From the NCBI GenBank assembly GCA_018647945.1, contig JABGSE010000041.1:5010-69009 (forward strand): a stretch of 64,000 nucleotides of DNA, read 5' to 3'. The position numbers were made by a program, and so were the translations under genes. Below the pieces are notes generated by a model. That model was not told where the DNA came from, did not search any database, and was given only the letters and a program-made list of their open reading frames with translations. Shown one piece after another: positions 40,296 through 49,295 of this stretch (its first letter is position 1; every line of letters starts with the position of its first letter). This DNA is from Flavobacteriales bacterium. Its GTDB lineage: Bacteria > Bacteroidota > Bacteroidia > Flavobacteriales > BACL11.

Positions 40296-41255
40296 ATGGA
40301 AAATAATAATGTACAATTACTAGATGATTTTGTTGTAAAATACAATGATTTCAGAAATGAAATATCCAAAGTAATTATTGGTCAAGATGAAGTAGTAAAG
40401 GAGGTTTTAATCTCTATTTTTTGTAACGGACACTGTTTGTTGGTTGGTGTGCCAGGACTAGCAAAAACCCTTTTGGTACAAACAATTTCTGATACTTTAG
40501 GGATGAGTTTTAACCGTATTCAATTTACTCCTGATTTGATGCCATCCGATATTGTAGGATCAGAAATATTAGATGAAAACAGAAATTTCAAGTTTATAAA
40601 AGGACCTATTTTTTCTAACATCATTTTAGCAGATGAAATAAACAGAACTCCACCAAAAACACAATCGGCACTTTTGGAAGCAATGCAAGAAAAATCGGTT
40701 ACCAATGCAGGAAATACTTATATATTGGATAAACCATTTTTTGTACTTGCTACTCAAAATCCTATTGAACAAGAAGGAACATATCCTTTGCCAGAAGCTC
40801 AGTTGGATAGATTTATGTTTAATGTAATGTTAGATTATCCGAAATATGAGGAGGAATTACAAATTGTAAAACAAACTACTTCTGGAGAATCTGCTACTTT
40901 AAATACAATTATGAATTCGGAGGATATTATAAAATATCAAGAATTAATCAGGAAAATTCCAGTTGCGGATAATGTATTGGAATATGTAGTGAGTTTGGTT
41001 TCAAAAACGCGTCCTGATTCTGAGAGAGCAGATGAAGAAATGAAAAAATATATAGAGTGGGGTGCAGGTCCAAGAGCGTCTCAGTTTATGTTACTTGCTG
41101 CAAAATGCCATGCTGCAATAAATGGAAAATACTCTCCTGATATTGAGGATGTAAAAGCTGTTGCCAAACCAATTTTACGACATAGACTGGTAAAAAACTA
41201 CAAGGCAGAAGCGGAAGGAATAAGTATGGATAAAATAATTGAAAATTTACTGTAG
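40296..41255 (+). CDS. MoxR-family AAA+ ATPase
   Basis: Walker A GVPGLAKT, Walker B ILADEINR, and QNPIEQEGTYPLPEAQLDRF. ATG at 40296 is preferred over the overlapping track start at 40263. Confidence 0.9.
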   Translation: MENNNVQLLDDFVVKYNDFRNEISKVIIGQDEVVKEVLISIFCNGHCLLVGVPGLAKTLLVQTISDTLGMSFNRIQFTPDLMPSDIVGSEILDENRNFKFIKGPIFSNIILADEINRTPPKTQSALLEAMQEKSVTNAGNTYILDKPFFVLATQNPIEQEGTYPLPEAQLDRFMFNVMLDYPKYEEELQIVKQTTSGESATLNTIMNSEDIIKYQELIRKIPVADNVLEYVVSLVSKTRPDSERADEEMKKYIEWGAGPRASQFMLLAAKCHAAINGKYSPDIEDVKAVAKPILRHRLVKNYKAEAEGISMDKIIENLL

Positions 41256-41810
41256 ATGTTTTTACCAATTGTTGCTTTTGGTTCTCTCGTTTTAAGAAAG
41301 AAATGTGAGGAGATTACTCCAGATTATCTAGAATTGGATACTCTTTTGGAAAACATGTGGGAAACCATGTACGATTCAAGTGGTGTAGGACTTGCTGCTC
41401 CTCAAATTAACAAAGCCATTCGTGTTTTTATTATTGATACTTCGCCTTTTATGGAAGAAGGTGAGGAAGATGATTCAATTAAAAAAACTTTTATAAATGC
41501 TACCATTTTAGAAGAAGAAGGGGAAGAATGGATTTTTAATGAAGGTTGTCTTTCTATACCAGATATTAGAGAAGATATTAGTAGAAAACCTAATATTACT
41601 ATAAAGTATCAGGATGAGAATTTTGAGTGGAATACAGATAGTTTTGATGGACTAACAGCTCGGGTTATTCAACACGAATACGATCATATTGATGGAATTT
41701 TATTTACCGATAAAATATCTCCACTTAGGAAAAGAATGATTAAAGGAAAGTTAGAAAACATTTCAAAAGGAAATATACAAGTTTCTTACAGAATGAAATT
41801 TCCAAGATAG
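41256..41810 (+). CDS. def: peptide deformylase
   Basis: GVGLAAPQ, EGCLSIP and HEYDH metal-binding motifs. Confidence 0.9.
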   Translation: MFLPIVAFGSLVLRKKCEEITPDYLELDTLLENMWETMYDSSGVGLAAPQINKAIRVFIIDTSPFMEEGEEDDSIKKTFINATILEEEGEEWIFNEGCLSIPDIREDISRKPNITIKYQDENFEWNTDSFDGLTARVIQHEYDHIDGILFTDKISPLRKRMIKGKLENISKGNIQVSYRMKFPR

Positions 41811-42422
41811 TTACTTTACTACAACCTTAAACATTTCTTTGTCTGTAATAAAACCTTTCAAAGTTTCTCCTGCAATCACCTTACCTACTCCTTCAGGAGT
41901 TCCTGTGTAGATTAAGTCCCCAATTTTTAGGGTGTAGAATTGAGAGAGATAAGAAATTATTTTATCAAAATTAAATAGCATATCTTTAGAGTTTCCTATT
42001 TGAACTTGTTCTCCATTTTTTTCTAAACGGAAAGGGATATTATCTAACTCTAATTTCGACTTATCTATAAAAGTTCTACTTAATTGTGCCGATCCATCAA
42101 ATCCCTTTGCTTTTTCCCAAGGGAGTCCTTTTGCTTTGCATTCCTCCTGAATGTCTCGTGCTGTAAAGTCAATTCCTAATCCTATTTTGCTATAATATTT
42201 GTGTGCAAATTTTTCTGCTATGTGTTTTCCTGATTTATTAATTCTCACTACTAATTCTACTTCATAGTGTATGTTGTCCGAAAAGTCAGGAATAAAAAAT
42301 GGATGACCTTTAGGTTGAATAGCTGTTTCTGGTTTTAAAAAAAACAAGGGTTCATTAGAAATAGAGTTTCCAAGTTCTTTAGCATGATTTAAATAATTAC
42401 GACCGATACAAATTATTTTCAT
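41811..42422 (-). CDS. fumarylacetoacetate hydrolase (FAH) family protein
   Basis: 203 aa with HYEVELVV...GIDFTARD...KGFDGS...GDLIYTGTPEGVG, typical of the FAH family. Confidence 0.8.
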   Translation of the reverse strand: MKIICIGRNYLNHAKELGNSISNEPLFFLKPETAIQPKGHPFFIPDFSDNIHYEVELVVRINKSGKHIAEKFAHKYYSKIGLGIDFTARDIQEECKAKGLPWEKAKGFDGSAQLSRTFIDKSKLELDNIPFRLEKNGEQVQIGNSKDMLFNFDKIISYLSQFYTLKIGDLIYTGTPEGVGKVIAGETLKGFITDKEMFKVVVK

Positions 42423-42426
42423 TCCT

Positions 42427-43212
42427 CTAAGAATTAAACTTACTTTCCAATCTTATTTTATCCGCAAAGTTTTTCATAATATTTTTAGTGTATAAAGGGA
42501 AGTCCGCATTTTGTATCCAAGAAAAATATCCTTTGTTATCGTTCCAAATTTGTTTTAGAGTAACATCTCTATATTTCCCGAAACTTAAAACTTCTTCTCC
42601 TTCCTCATTAAATCTAACAAAACCTGCCATATCTGCAAATTTACCTCCTCTTTGCGAAAATTCGGAAAGGAAGTTTACATCATTTTCTAGTTCGTCATAC
42701 TTGTCTAATTGAGAAAGTAGTACTTCATACGTAGCAGTAGTATCGGCCTCTGCAGAGTGTGCGTTAGTTAAATCTTTATCGCAATAAAATTTGTAGGCCG
42801 CTACCAATGTTCTTTGTTCCATTTTATGGAATATATTCTGTATATCTATCGCTTTTCTGTTATCCATATTAAAATCTATACCTACTCTTAAAAATTCTTC
42901 TGCAAGTAGAGGTATGTCAAATTTATTGGAATTGTATCCTGCCAAATCACAATTGTGTATTAGTTCAGATATTTCGGTAGCAATCTGAGCAAATGTAGGT
43001 TCGTTTGCTACTTTTTCATTCGATATTCCGTGTATAGCAGTGGTTACTGCAGGAATAGGAATAGTAGGGTTTACCAGCCAAGTTTTACTTTCTTTATTCC
43101 CGTTCGGAAGTATTTTCAAAATAGCTATTTCTACTATTCTATCTTTTGCAACTTGTACTCCTGTTGTTTCCAAATCAAAGAATACAATTGGTTTTTCTAA
43201 TTTTAAATTCAT
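42427..43212 (-). CDS. DnaQ-like 3'-5' exonuclease domain protein
   Basis: ExoI FFDLETTG, ExoII IAGYNSNKFDIPLL and ExoIII HSAEADT. ATG at 43212 is preferred because the longer ORF would run through the terminator hairpin at 43231-43254. Confidence 0.8.
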   Translation of the reverse strand: MNLKLEKPIVFFDLETTGVQVAKDRIVEIAILKILPNGNKESKTWLVNPTIPIPAVTTAIHGISNEKVANEPTFAQIATEISELIHNCDLAGYNSNKFDIPLLAEEFLRVGIDFNMDNRKAIDIQNIFHKMEQRTLVAAYKFYCDKDLTNAHSAEADTTATYEVLLSQLDKYDELENDVNFLSEFSQRGGKFADMAGFVRFNEEGEEVLSFGKYRDVTLKQIWNDNKGYFSWIQNADFPLYTKNIMKNFADKIRLESKFNS

Positions 43213-43225
43213 AGTGTAAAAGTAT

Positions 43226-43254
43226 AAAAAAAGCCTCAAGGAAACTTGAGGCTT
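43226..43254 (-). terminator. rho-independent terminator after the E2 acyltransferase gene
   Basis: 10-bp perfect stem AAGCCTCAAG/CTTGAGGCTT with a GAAA loop. On the minus strand it is followed by a T-run (plus-strand A-run 43226-43230). Confidence 0.8.
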
Positions 43255-43274
43255 TTTGGATTATTATTAATAAG

Positions 43275-44585
43275 TTATACTATAGTGTTTGTATCAAACT
43301 GTTCCAAGTAATCAGCAACTTTTCTTACAAACTGACCACCTAATGCTCCATCAACAACTCTATGGTCGTACGATAAAGAAAGGAACATCATGTGTCTGAT
43401 TGCAATAACATCACCATGCTCGGTTTCTAATACAACTGGTTTTTTCTTTATGATACCACAAGCCATAATAGCTACTTGAGGTTGGTTGATAATTGGAGTT
43501 CCCATAAGATTACCAAAAGTACCAACATTTGTCATGGTAATAGTACCACCTTGTATATCGTCTGGTTTTAATTGACCTCCTCTTGATCGAATTGCTAAAT
43601 CGTTTACCGCTTTAGTAATCCCAACCAAATTTTTATCCTGACATTCTTTTATTACTGGAACAATAAGGTTTCCATCTGGTAAAGCAGCTGCCATACCAAT
43701 ATTTACATTTCTATGAATATGAATGTTTGTTCCATCCACAGAAACATTAATCATAGGAAAGTCCTTGACGGCTTTTGACATTGCTTCAATTATAATAGGA
43801 GTAAAGGTGATATTTTGCCCTTCTCTCTTTTTAAAGTCTGCTTTTACTGAGTTTCTCCAATTTACAATATTAGTCATATCTGCTTCTACAAAAGAAGTAA
43901 TATGTGCAGAAGTCTGTTTTGACATAGTCATGTGAGCAGAAATAAGTTTTCTCATTCTGTCCATTTCGACAATCTCAGTACCACCTGTATTCGGAATGTT
44001 TACTGGAGTATGTGCTGCTGCAACTGCTTTTGGTGCAGGAGCAACCTTTTTAGTTTCAGTTTTAACTGGAGTTGCAGCAGGTGCAGTTCCTCTAGTTTTT
44101 AAATAATAAACCATATCCGTTTTTGTTACTCTTCCATCTTTTCCTGTACCAGGAATAGTTTCTAATTCTGTCATTTCTATTCCTTCTTCAGAAGCCATGC
44201 TTCTTACAAGTGGAGAGTAAAATCTTTCTCCAGAGTTGGTAATAGTAGTTGTTTCAGTTGCTGTTGCAACGGGAGTTTCTATTTTTGTAGGAATATCTAA
44301 AACTTCTGCTTTTGTTTCTGTAGCAGCAGGAGTATCTTCTCCACCTTCTGTTTCTAATATTGCAAATGGCTCACCAACTTGTACTACATCATCTGCCTCA
44401 AATAACATTTCAACTAATTTACCTTCATGTGTTGAAGGAACTTCAGAGTCTACTTTATCGGTTGCAATCTCAACAATTGTTTCATCCATTTCAACCATTT
44501 CACCTACATTTTTAGTCCATGTAATTATAGTTGCTTCGGAAACACTTTCCCCCATTTTGGGCATAATAAGTTCTACTCTTGCCAT
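43275..44585 (-). CDS. 2-oxoacid dehydrogenase E2 component (dihydrolipoamide acyltransferase)
   Basis: N-terminal lipoyl domain (VEIATDKV), Ala/Pro/Thr linkers, an E3-binding segment, and a catalytic domain with DHRVVDGA. Confidence 0.9.
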   Translation of the reverse strand: MARVELIMPKMGESVSEATIITWTKNVGEMVEMDETIVEIATDKVDSEVPSTHEGKLVEMLFEADDVVQVGEPFAILETEGGEDTPAATETKAEVLDIPTKIETPVATATETTTITNSGERFYSPLVRSMASEEGIEMTELETIPGTGKDGRVTKTDMVYYLKTRGTAPAATPVKTETKKVAPAPKAVAAAHTPVNIPNTGGTEIVEMDRMRKLISAHMTMSKQTSAHITSFVEADMTNIVNWRNSVKADFKKREGQNITFTPIIIEAMSKAVKDFPMINVSVDGTNIHIHRNVNIGMAAALPDGNLIVPVIKECQDKNLVGITKAVNDLAIRSRGGQLKPDDIQGGTITMTNVGTFGNLMGTPIINQPQVAIMACGIIKKKPVVLETEHGDVIAIRHMMFLSLSYDHRVVDGALGGQFVRKVADYLEQFDTNTIV

Positions 44586-44630
44586 TCTTTAAATTTTTGG
44601 CAAAAATAGTAAAACTATGCGTTCAAAATA

Positions 44631-45248
44631 CTATTTTGATAAGGAGTTTTCGTAAGGTAGTCGGCTACTGATGGCCGTCCCTAAAGTTATCTCATCTGTA
44701 TATTCCAATTCGTCTCCAATTGCAATCCCTCTTGCGATAGATGAAATTTTAATATTTATGTCCTTTAATCTTCTGAATAGATAGAAGTTAGTGGTATCAC
44801 CTTCCATGGTGGTGCTTAGCGCAAAAATGATTTCTTTTACCTCTCCATTTTGTACTTTTTGCACCAATTCCTCTACTTTTATGTCAGATGGACCTATTCC
44901 ATCCATTGGGGAGATAAGTCCTCCTAAAACATGGTATATTCCTTTAAATTGAAGGGTGTTTTCCACTGCCATCATTACGCGTATGTCTTCTACTACACAA
45001 ATGGTTGATCTATCTCTTTTATGGTCAGAACAGATTTCACATATTTCTTGATCGGAAATAGAATAGCATTCGGAGCAATAATTGATGTTGTTTATTAAGT
45101 CGATAAAAGAATTTCCGAACTGATTGATGTTTTGTTTCTCCTGATTAAGCATGTGTAATACCAATCTTAATGCTGATTTCTTTCCTATTCCTGGTAAGGA
45201 AGAAAGTTGTGTTACTGCATTTTCTACAAGTTTGGACGGGAAATTCAT
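44631..45248 (-). CDS. recR: recombination protein RecR
   Basis: HhH N-terminus (LPGIGKKSALR), C4 zinc finger (CSECYSISDQEICEIC) and a Toprim domain. Confidence 0.9.
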   Translation of the reverse strand: MNFPSKLVENAVTQLSSLPGIGKKSALRLVLHMLNQEKQNINQFGNSFIDLINNINYCSECYSISDQEICEICSDHKRDRSTICVVEDIRVMMAVENTLQFKGIYHVLGGLISPMDGIGPSDIKVEELVQKVQNGEVKEIIFALSTTMEGDTTNFYLFRRLKDINIKISSIARGIAIGDELEYTDEITLGTAISSRLPYENSLSK

Positions 45249-45253
45249 AGATG

Positions 45254-45261
45254 CAAACTTA
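45254..45261 (-). promoter_or_regulatory. -7 promoter box (TAAGTTTG on minus strand) abutting the recR start
   Basis: Plus-strand CAAACTTA, only 5 nt from the recR ATG at 45248. Confidence 0.4.
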
Positions 45262-45283
45262 GGTAATTCTATTATTTTTATGG

Positions 45284-45291
45284 TAGATTTG
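45284..45291 (+). promoter_or_regulatory. -7 promoter box (TAGATTTG) upstream of the symporter gene
   Basis: Exact TAnnTTTG, 16 nt before the ATG at 45308. Divergent from the recR box. Confidence 0.45.
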
Positions 45292-45307
45292 TAAAAACAA
45301 AATCTAT

Positions 45308-46747
45308 ATGACTACAACAGTTATTCTAACTACAATATTCTCTTATTTTTTACTTCTTATTTTGGTGTCCTTTTTTACTGGAAAATCAGATAGTAACGAT
45401 AGTTTTTTTCTTGGTGATAAAAAATCTCCTTGGTATATTGTTGCCTTTGGTATGATAGGTGCTTCCCTTTCTGGGGTTACCTTTATATCGGTTCCTGGTT
45501 GGGTAGAATCAAGTCAGTTTTCATACATGCAAATGGTATTTGGTTATTTGGCTGGTTATTTGGTAATTGCTACTGTACTTATGCCTTTGTACTATCTTTT
45601 AAACTTGACTTCCATTTACACTTATTTAAAAGATAGATTTGGTAATTCTTCTTATAAAACAGCTGCTTCATTCTTTTTATTAAGTAGGGTGATTGGTGCT
45701 TCTTTCAGATTGTATTTGGTGGCAAATGTATTGCAGTTATTTGTTTGCGATAGTTTGGATATTCCTTTTTGGCAAACGGTACTTATTACTATTTTACTTG
45801 TTTGGGTGTACACTTTTAGGAGTGGGATAAAAACTATTATTTGGACGGATACCTTACAAACTTTATTTATGCTATTGGCAGTGGGTATGAGTGTGTATTT
45901 AATTTCGGAAGATATGAATTTAAGTTTCACCTCCTTTATTAGTACGGTAAAAGATAGTGAATATTCTCAGATTTTCTTCTGGGAAGGTAAAAACCATTTT
46001 GTAAAACAATTTTTGGCGGGTATGTTTATGGCTATTGTTATGACGGGATTGGACCAAGATATGATGCAGAAAAACTTGAGTTGTAAAAATATAAAAGAAG
46101 CACAAAAAAACATGTTATGGTTTTCGGTGGTGTTAGTTTTTGTTAATTTATTGTTTTTATCACTTGGGGCGTTGCTTTATATTTATGCAAATAAAAATGG
46201 TATTGTATTTGATAAAGCAGATGATTTGTTTCCAACAGTTGTAAATAGTGGTACTTTAGGAGTTAGTGTAGCAGTAATATTTATATTAGGACTTATTGCA
46301 GCGGCTTATTCTAGTGCAGATTCTGCTTTAACTTCTTTAACTACTTCTTTTTGTGTAGATATTTTAGGTTTTGATAGTTCGGATAGTAGAAAACAAGTGA
46401 AAACAAGAAAGATGGTTCATCTTGGATTTTCATTACTTTTATTTGCTGTTATTTTATTATTCAAGTTAAAAAATGATGATAGTGTTGTTTCATCTTTATT
46501 TAAAGCTGCAGGATATACTTATGGGCCACTACTGGGTTTGTATGCTTTTGGGATGGCTACAAAATGGAAAATAAAAGATGTATATGTTCCAATAATATGT
46601 GTATTATCTCCTTTTTTAACTTATTATATTGCTGATAATTCGCTGGATTGGTTTAACTATGAATTTGGTTTTGAACTACTAATACTAAATGGGGCTATTA
46701 CTTTTATTGGTTTAGATTCTTTAAGAGAGGAAGAATGTAATTGGTAA
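45308..46747 (+). CDS. sodium:solute symporter family transporter
   Basis: 479 aa with about 12-13 TM helices. SSF-like strings GMIGASLSGVTFISVPG and AAAYSSADSALTSL. Confidence 0.8.
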   Translation: MTTTVILTTIFSYFLLLILVSFFTGKSDSNDSFFLGDKKSPWYIVAFGMIGASLSGVTFISVPGWVESSQFSYMQMVFGYLAGYLVIATVLMPLYYLLNLTSIYTYLKDRFGNSSYKTAASFFLLSRVIGASFRLYLVANVLQLFVCDSLDIPFWQTVLITILLVWVYTFRSGIKTIIWTDTLQTLFMLLAVGMSVYLISEDMNLSFTSFISTVKDSEYSQIFFWEGKNHFVKQFLAGMFMAIVMTGLDQDMMQKNLSCKNIKEAQKNMLWFSVVLVFVNLLFLSLGALLYIYANKNGIVFDKADDLFPTVVNSGTLGVSVAVIFILGLIAAAYSSADSALTSLTTSFCVDILGFDSSDSRKQVKTRKMVHLGFSLLLFAVILLFKLKNDDSVVSSLFKAAGYTYGPLLGLYAFGMATKWKIKDVYVPIICVLSPFLTYYIADNSLDWFNYEFGFELLILNGAITFIGLDSLREEECNW

Positions 46748-46750
46748 GTA

Positions 46751-47890
46751 TTATTTTCTATTATTTCGGTATAAAATAAAAGTTCCAAGCACACCAATAA
46801 GTATCAAACAAAAGGAGATTATTTCTGCTTGTGTTATTCCTCCTAAAATATCGTACTTGGTATTTACCCTTATTTTTTCAATAAAAAATCGTTCTATTCC
46901 ATTTAGTGTTAGGTACACAAAAAATAATATTCCTGCAATATTTATTCTTTTACGGATGTTCCACAAAAACACAAATATAAGTCCGGCCATAATAATTTCA
47001 TAAAAAGGAGTTGGGTACACATTTTCTGCAAGCTGATTACAGAAATTACCTTCACAACCAGGTATTGGAATTCCTCTACCTAATACATTGTTAGGATAGT
47101 TGTAACTCCAAATCCAATCTGGTAAAAACCACCAATCCGGTTGTTGTGTCGCTATTATTCCCCAATCTCCATCACCACTTAGGTGACAACCGATTCGACC
47201 AATACCATAAGAAAGCATAAGTGCAGGTGCAAATATATCTATTAGGTGAAGGAGTTTTATTCCGTTCTTTTTGGCATAATAACTAACCGATATAGCCCCA
47301 AAAATTAATCCTCCATAAAAAGTAAGTCCGCTAAAAGAAAACAATTGTCCCCAAGGATCTAATAAGAAGTCGTTCCAGTTTTCCAAACTTGCAAAAATCT
47401 TAGCACCAATTATACCGCTAATAGCAGCAATTATTATCATGTTACCAACCAACTGATAAGGATGTAATGTTTGCTCTATCCACTTAGGTGTTTCTAGTTT
47501 TGTTTTTTCTTTCTCCTTATATTTTGTGTAAACTGAAATAGAGGCTACTATAATTCCTCCCATCATACTTCCTCTTGAAGAAAGTATAAATGCTTGAGGG
47601 TTTTCCACTAAAGCATCATAATTAAAGATGGCTTCTACTAATTTAAATCCGATAAAGAAACCACCAATTACAGCACTCAATATTTCGTAAGTTGTTATTC
47701 CCTTTCCAATTTTCACTTTTTTCTTTATGATAGATAAAAGTCCTTCTTTCTCTTTTCTTTTAAATTCTTGGCTGATAAAATAACTACCAATAACAAATGC
47801 TAATGCAACAAAAAAACCGAATGTTTGTATTGGTAACGGAATGTTTATTCCTAGTAAATCGTAAATAAGGTGGCTAATAGTTGGATACAT
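46751..47890 (-). CDS. lgt: prolipoprotein diacylglyceryl transferase
   Basis: Polytopic membrane protein with GIGRIGCHLSGDGDWG and YPTPFYE strings, resembling long-form Bacteroidota Lgt. Confidence 0.7.
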   Translation of the reverse strand: MYPTISHLIYDLLGINIPLPIQTFGFFVALAFVIGSYFISQEFKRKEKEGLLSIIKKKVKIGKGITTYEILSAVIGGFFIGFKLVEAIFNYDALVENPQAFILSSRGSMMGGIIVASISVYTKYKEKEKTKLETPKWIEQTLHPYQLVGNMIIIAAISGIIGAKIFASLENWNDFLLDPWGQLFSFSGLTFYGGLIFGAISVSYYAKKNGIKLLHLIDIFAPALMLSYGIGRIGCHLSGDGDWGIIATQQPDWWFLPDWIWSYNYPNNVLGRGIPIPGCEGNFCNQLAENVYPTPFYEIIMAGLIFVFLWNIRKRINIAGILFFVYLTLNGIERFFIEKIRVNTKYDILGGITQAEIISFCLILIGVLGTFILYRNNRK

Positions 47891-49186
47891 TTATTTTATT
47901 TTTTCAGATAATATTTGTCCGTTTTCATCAAACGAAAGTAACTTTATTTTTATTTTTTTCTGTATTAATTCCTCCGAAAAAGGAATTTTTACTTTTATGT
48001 AGTTATCGGTAAATCCAACAAGAAACCCATTTTTGTTTTCTTGTTCCATAAGTGATGTTTGTGTAGTTCCCAAATATTTTTGGTAATGTGCTCTTTGCAG
48101 TTTGTCCGATAAAATACGGAGCATTTTACTTCTTTCGGCTCTTTTTTGTTTGGGTACCACTCCATCAAAAGTAGAAGCTAAGGTGTTTTCTCTTTCCGAA
48201 TAGCTAAATACATGCAAATAGGAGATAGGTAAATCTTTAATAAAATTTAATGTAGAATCAAATAATTCGTCTGTTTCTCCTGGGAAACCAACAATTACAT
48301 CTGCACCAATACATACATCTGGTATTTCTGATACTATTTTTACAACTTTATTTTTGTACAAATCTGTTCGGTACCTTCTTTTCATTTTACCCAATATCTC
48401 ATCACTTCCCGACTGTAAAGGAATGTGAAAATGAGGCATGAATTTTTTGGAGGTTTTTACCGTTTCAATAATTTCATCTGTAATAAGGTTGGGTTCAATA
48501 GAAGATATTCTGTATCTTTCTATTCCCTTTACATTTTCTAGTTCTTTGGTTAGGTCCGCAAATCGTTTCTTTCCATCTCTAAATTCTCCAATATTTACTC
48601 CAGTAATTACAATTTCCTTTATGTTGTTTTGGGCTATTTCTGCCGCATTTTTCAGAATGTTTTCTGTGATGTCACATCTACTTTTCCCTCTTGCAAGCGG
48701 AATGGTACAATAAGTACAAGGGTAATCGCATCCATCTTGTATTTTTAGGAAAGATCTGGTTCTTTCTTCCAAGGAAAAAGAGGAAGTATAATTTAAATCT
48801 GTTATTTCACAACCGTGTATTACCCCTTCTTTTTTGTTTTCTAAATCTTTCAGAAGGTTTGGTAAATTAAATTTGTCGTTAGCCCCTAATACCATATCTA
48901 CTCCTTCCATTTCGGAAATTGCTTTTGGTTTTAATTGGGCAAAACATCCTGTAATAACTACAAAACTATCAGGAGATATTTTTTTTGCTTTTCTGATTAG
49001 TCTTCTGCATTCTTTATTTGCATTTTCGGTAACCGAACAAGTATTTATTACATATAAATCGGCACCATCATTAAATTTATTTTTGGTAAAACCAATTTCA
49101 TTTAACTGTCGAGAAATAGTTGAACTCTCCGAAAAATTGAGTTTACAACCTAAGGTATAAAAAGCAGAAGTTTTTCCTTTAAACAT
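47891..49186 (-). CDS. mtaB: tRNA t6A37 methylthiotransferase (MiaB-like radical SAM)
   Basis: N-terminal UPF0004 Cys triad (GCKLN...NTCSV...TGC), radical-SAM CDYPCTYC and a C-terminal TRAM-like domain. Confidence 0.85.
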   Translation of the reverse strand: MFKGKTSAFYTLGCKLNFSESSTISRQLNEIGFTKNKFNDGADLYVINTCSVTENANKECRRLIRKAKKISPDSFVVITGCFAQLKPKAISEMEGVDMVLGANDKFNLPNLLKDLENKKEGVIHGCEITDLNYTSSFSLEERTRSFLKIQDGCDYPCTYCTIPLARGKSRCDITENILKNAAEIAQNNIKEIVITGVNIGEFRDGKKRFADLTKELENVKGIERYRISSIEPNLITDEIIETVKTSKKFMPHFHIPLQSGSDEILGKMKRRYRTDLYKNKVVKIVSEIPDVCIGADVIVGFPGETDELFDSTLNFIKDLPISYLHVFSYSERENTLASTFDGVVPKQKRAERSKMLRILSDKLQRAHYQKYLGTTQTSLMEQENKNGFLVGFTDNYIKVKIPFSEELIQKKIKIKLLSFDENGQILSEKIK

Positions 49187-49190
49187 ATTG

Positions 49191-49198
49191 CAAAGTTA
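49191..49198 (-). promoter_or_regulatory. -7 promoter box (TAACTTTG on minus strand) abutting the mtaB start
   Basis: Plus-strand CAAAGTTA, only 4 nt from the mtaB ATG at 49186. Confidence 0.4.
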
Positions 49199-49295
49199 GA
49201 AAAACAAAAATTATCTCTTAATTTGAAACCTATTTTATTTAACTCTCGTTTTTATAATTAAGTTCTCCATTAACTTTTAACTAAAACCTAAGATT

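Noticed and set aside
43231-43254. Hairpin considered as a regulatory element or 5' UTR structure of the exonuclease gene.
   Set aside because: A GC-rich 10-bp stem with a GAAA loop and a flanking T-run on the minus strand, directly after the E2 stop, fits an intrinsic terminator better.
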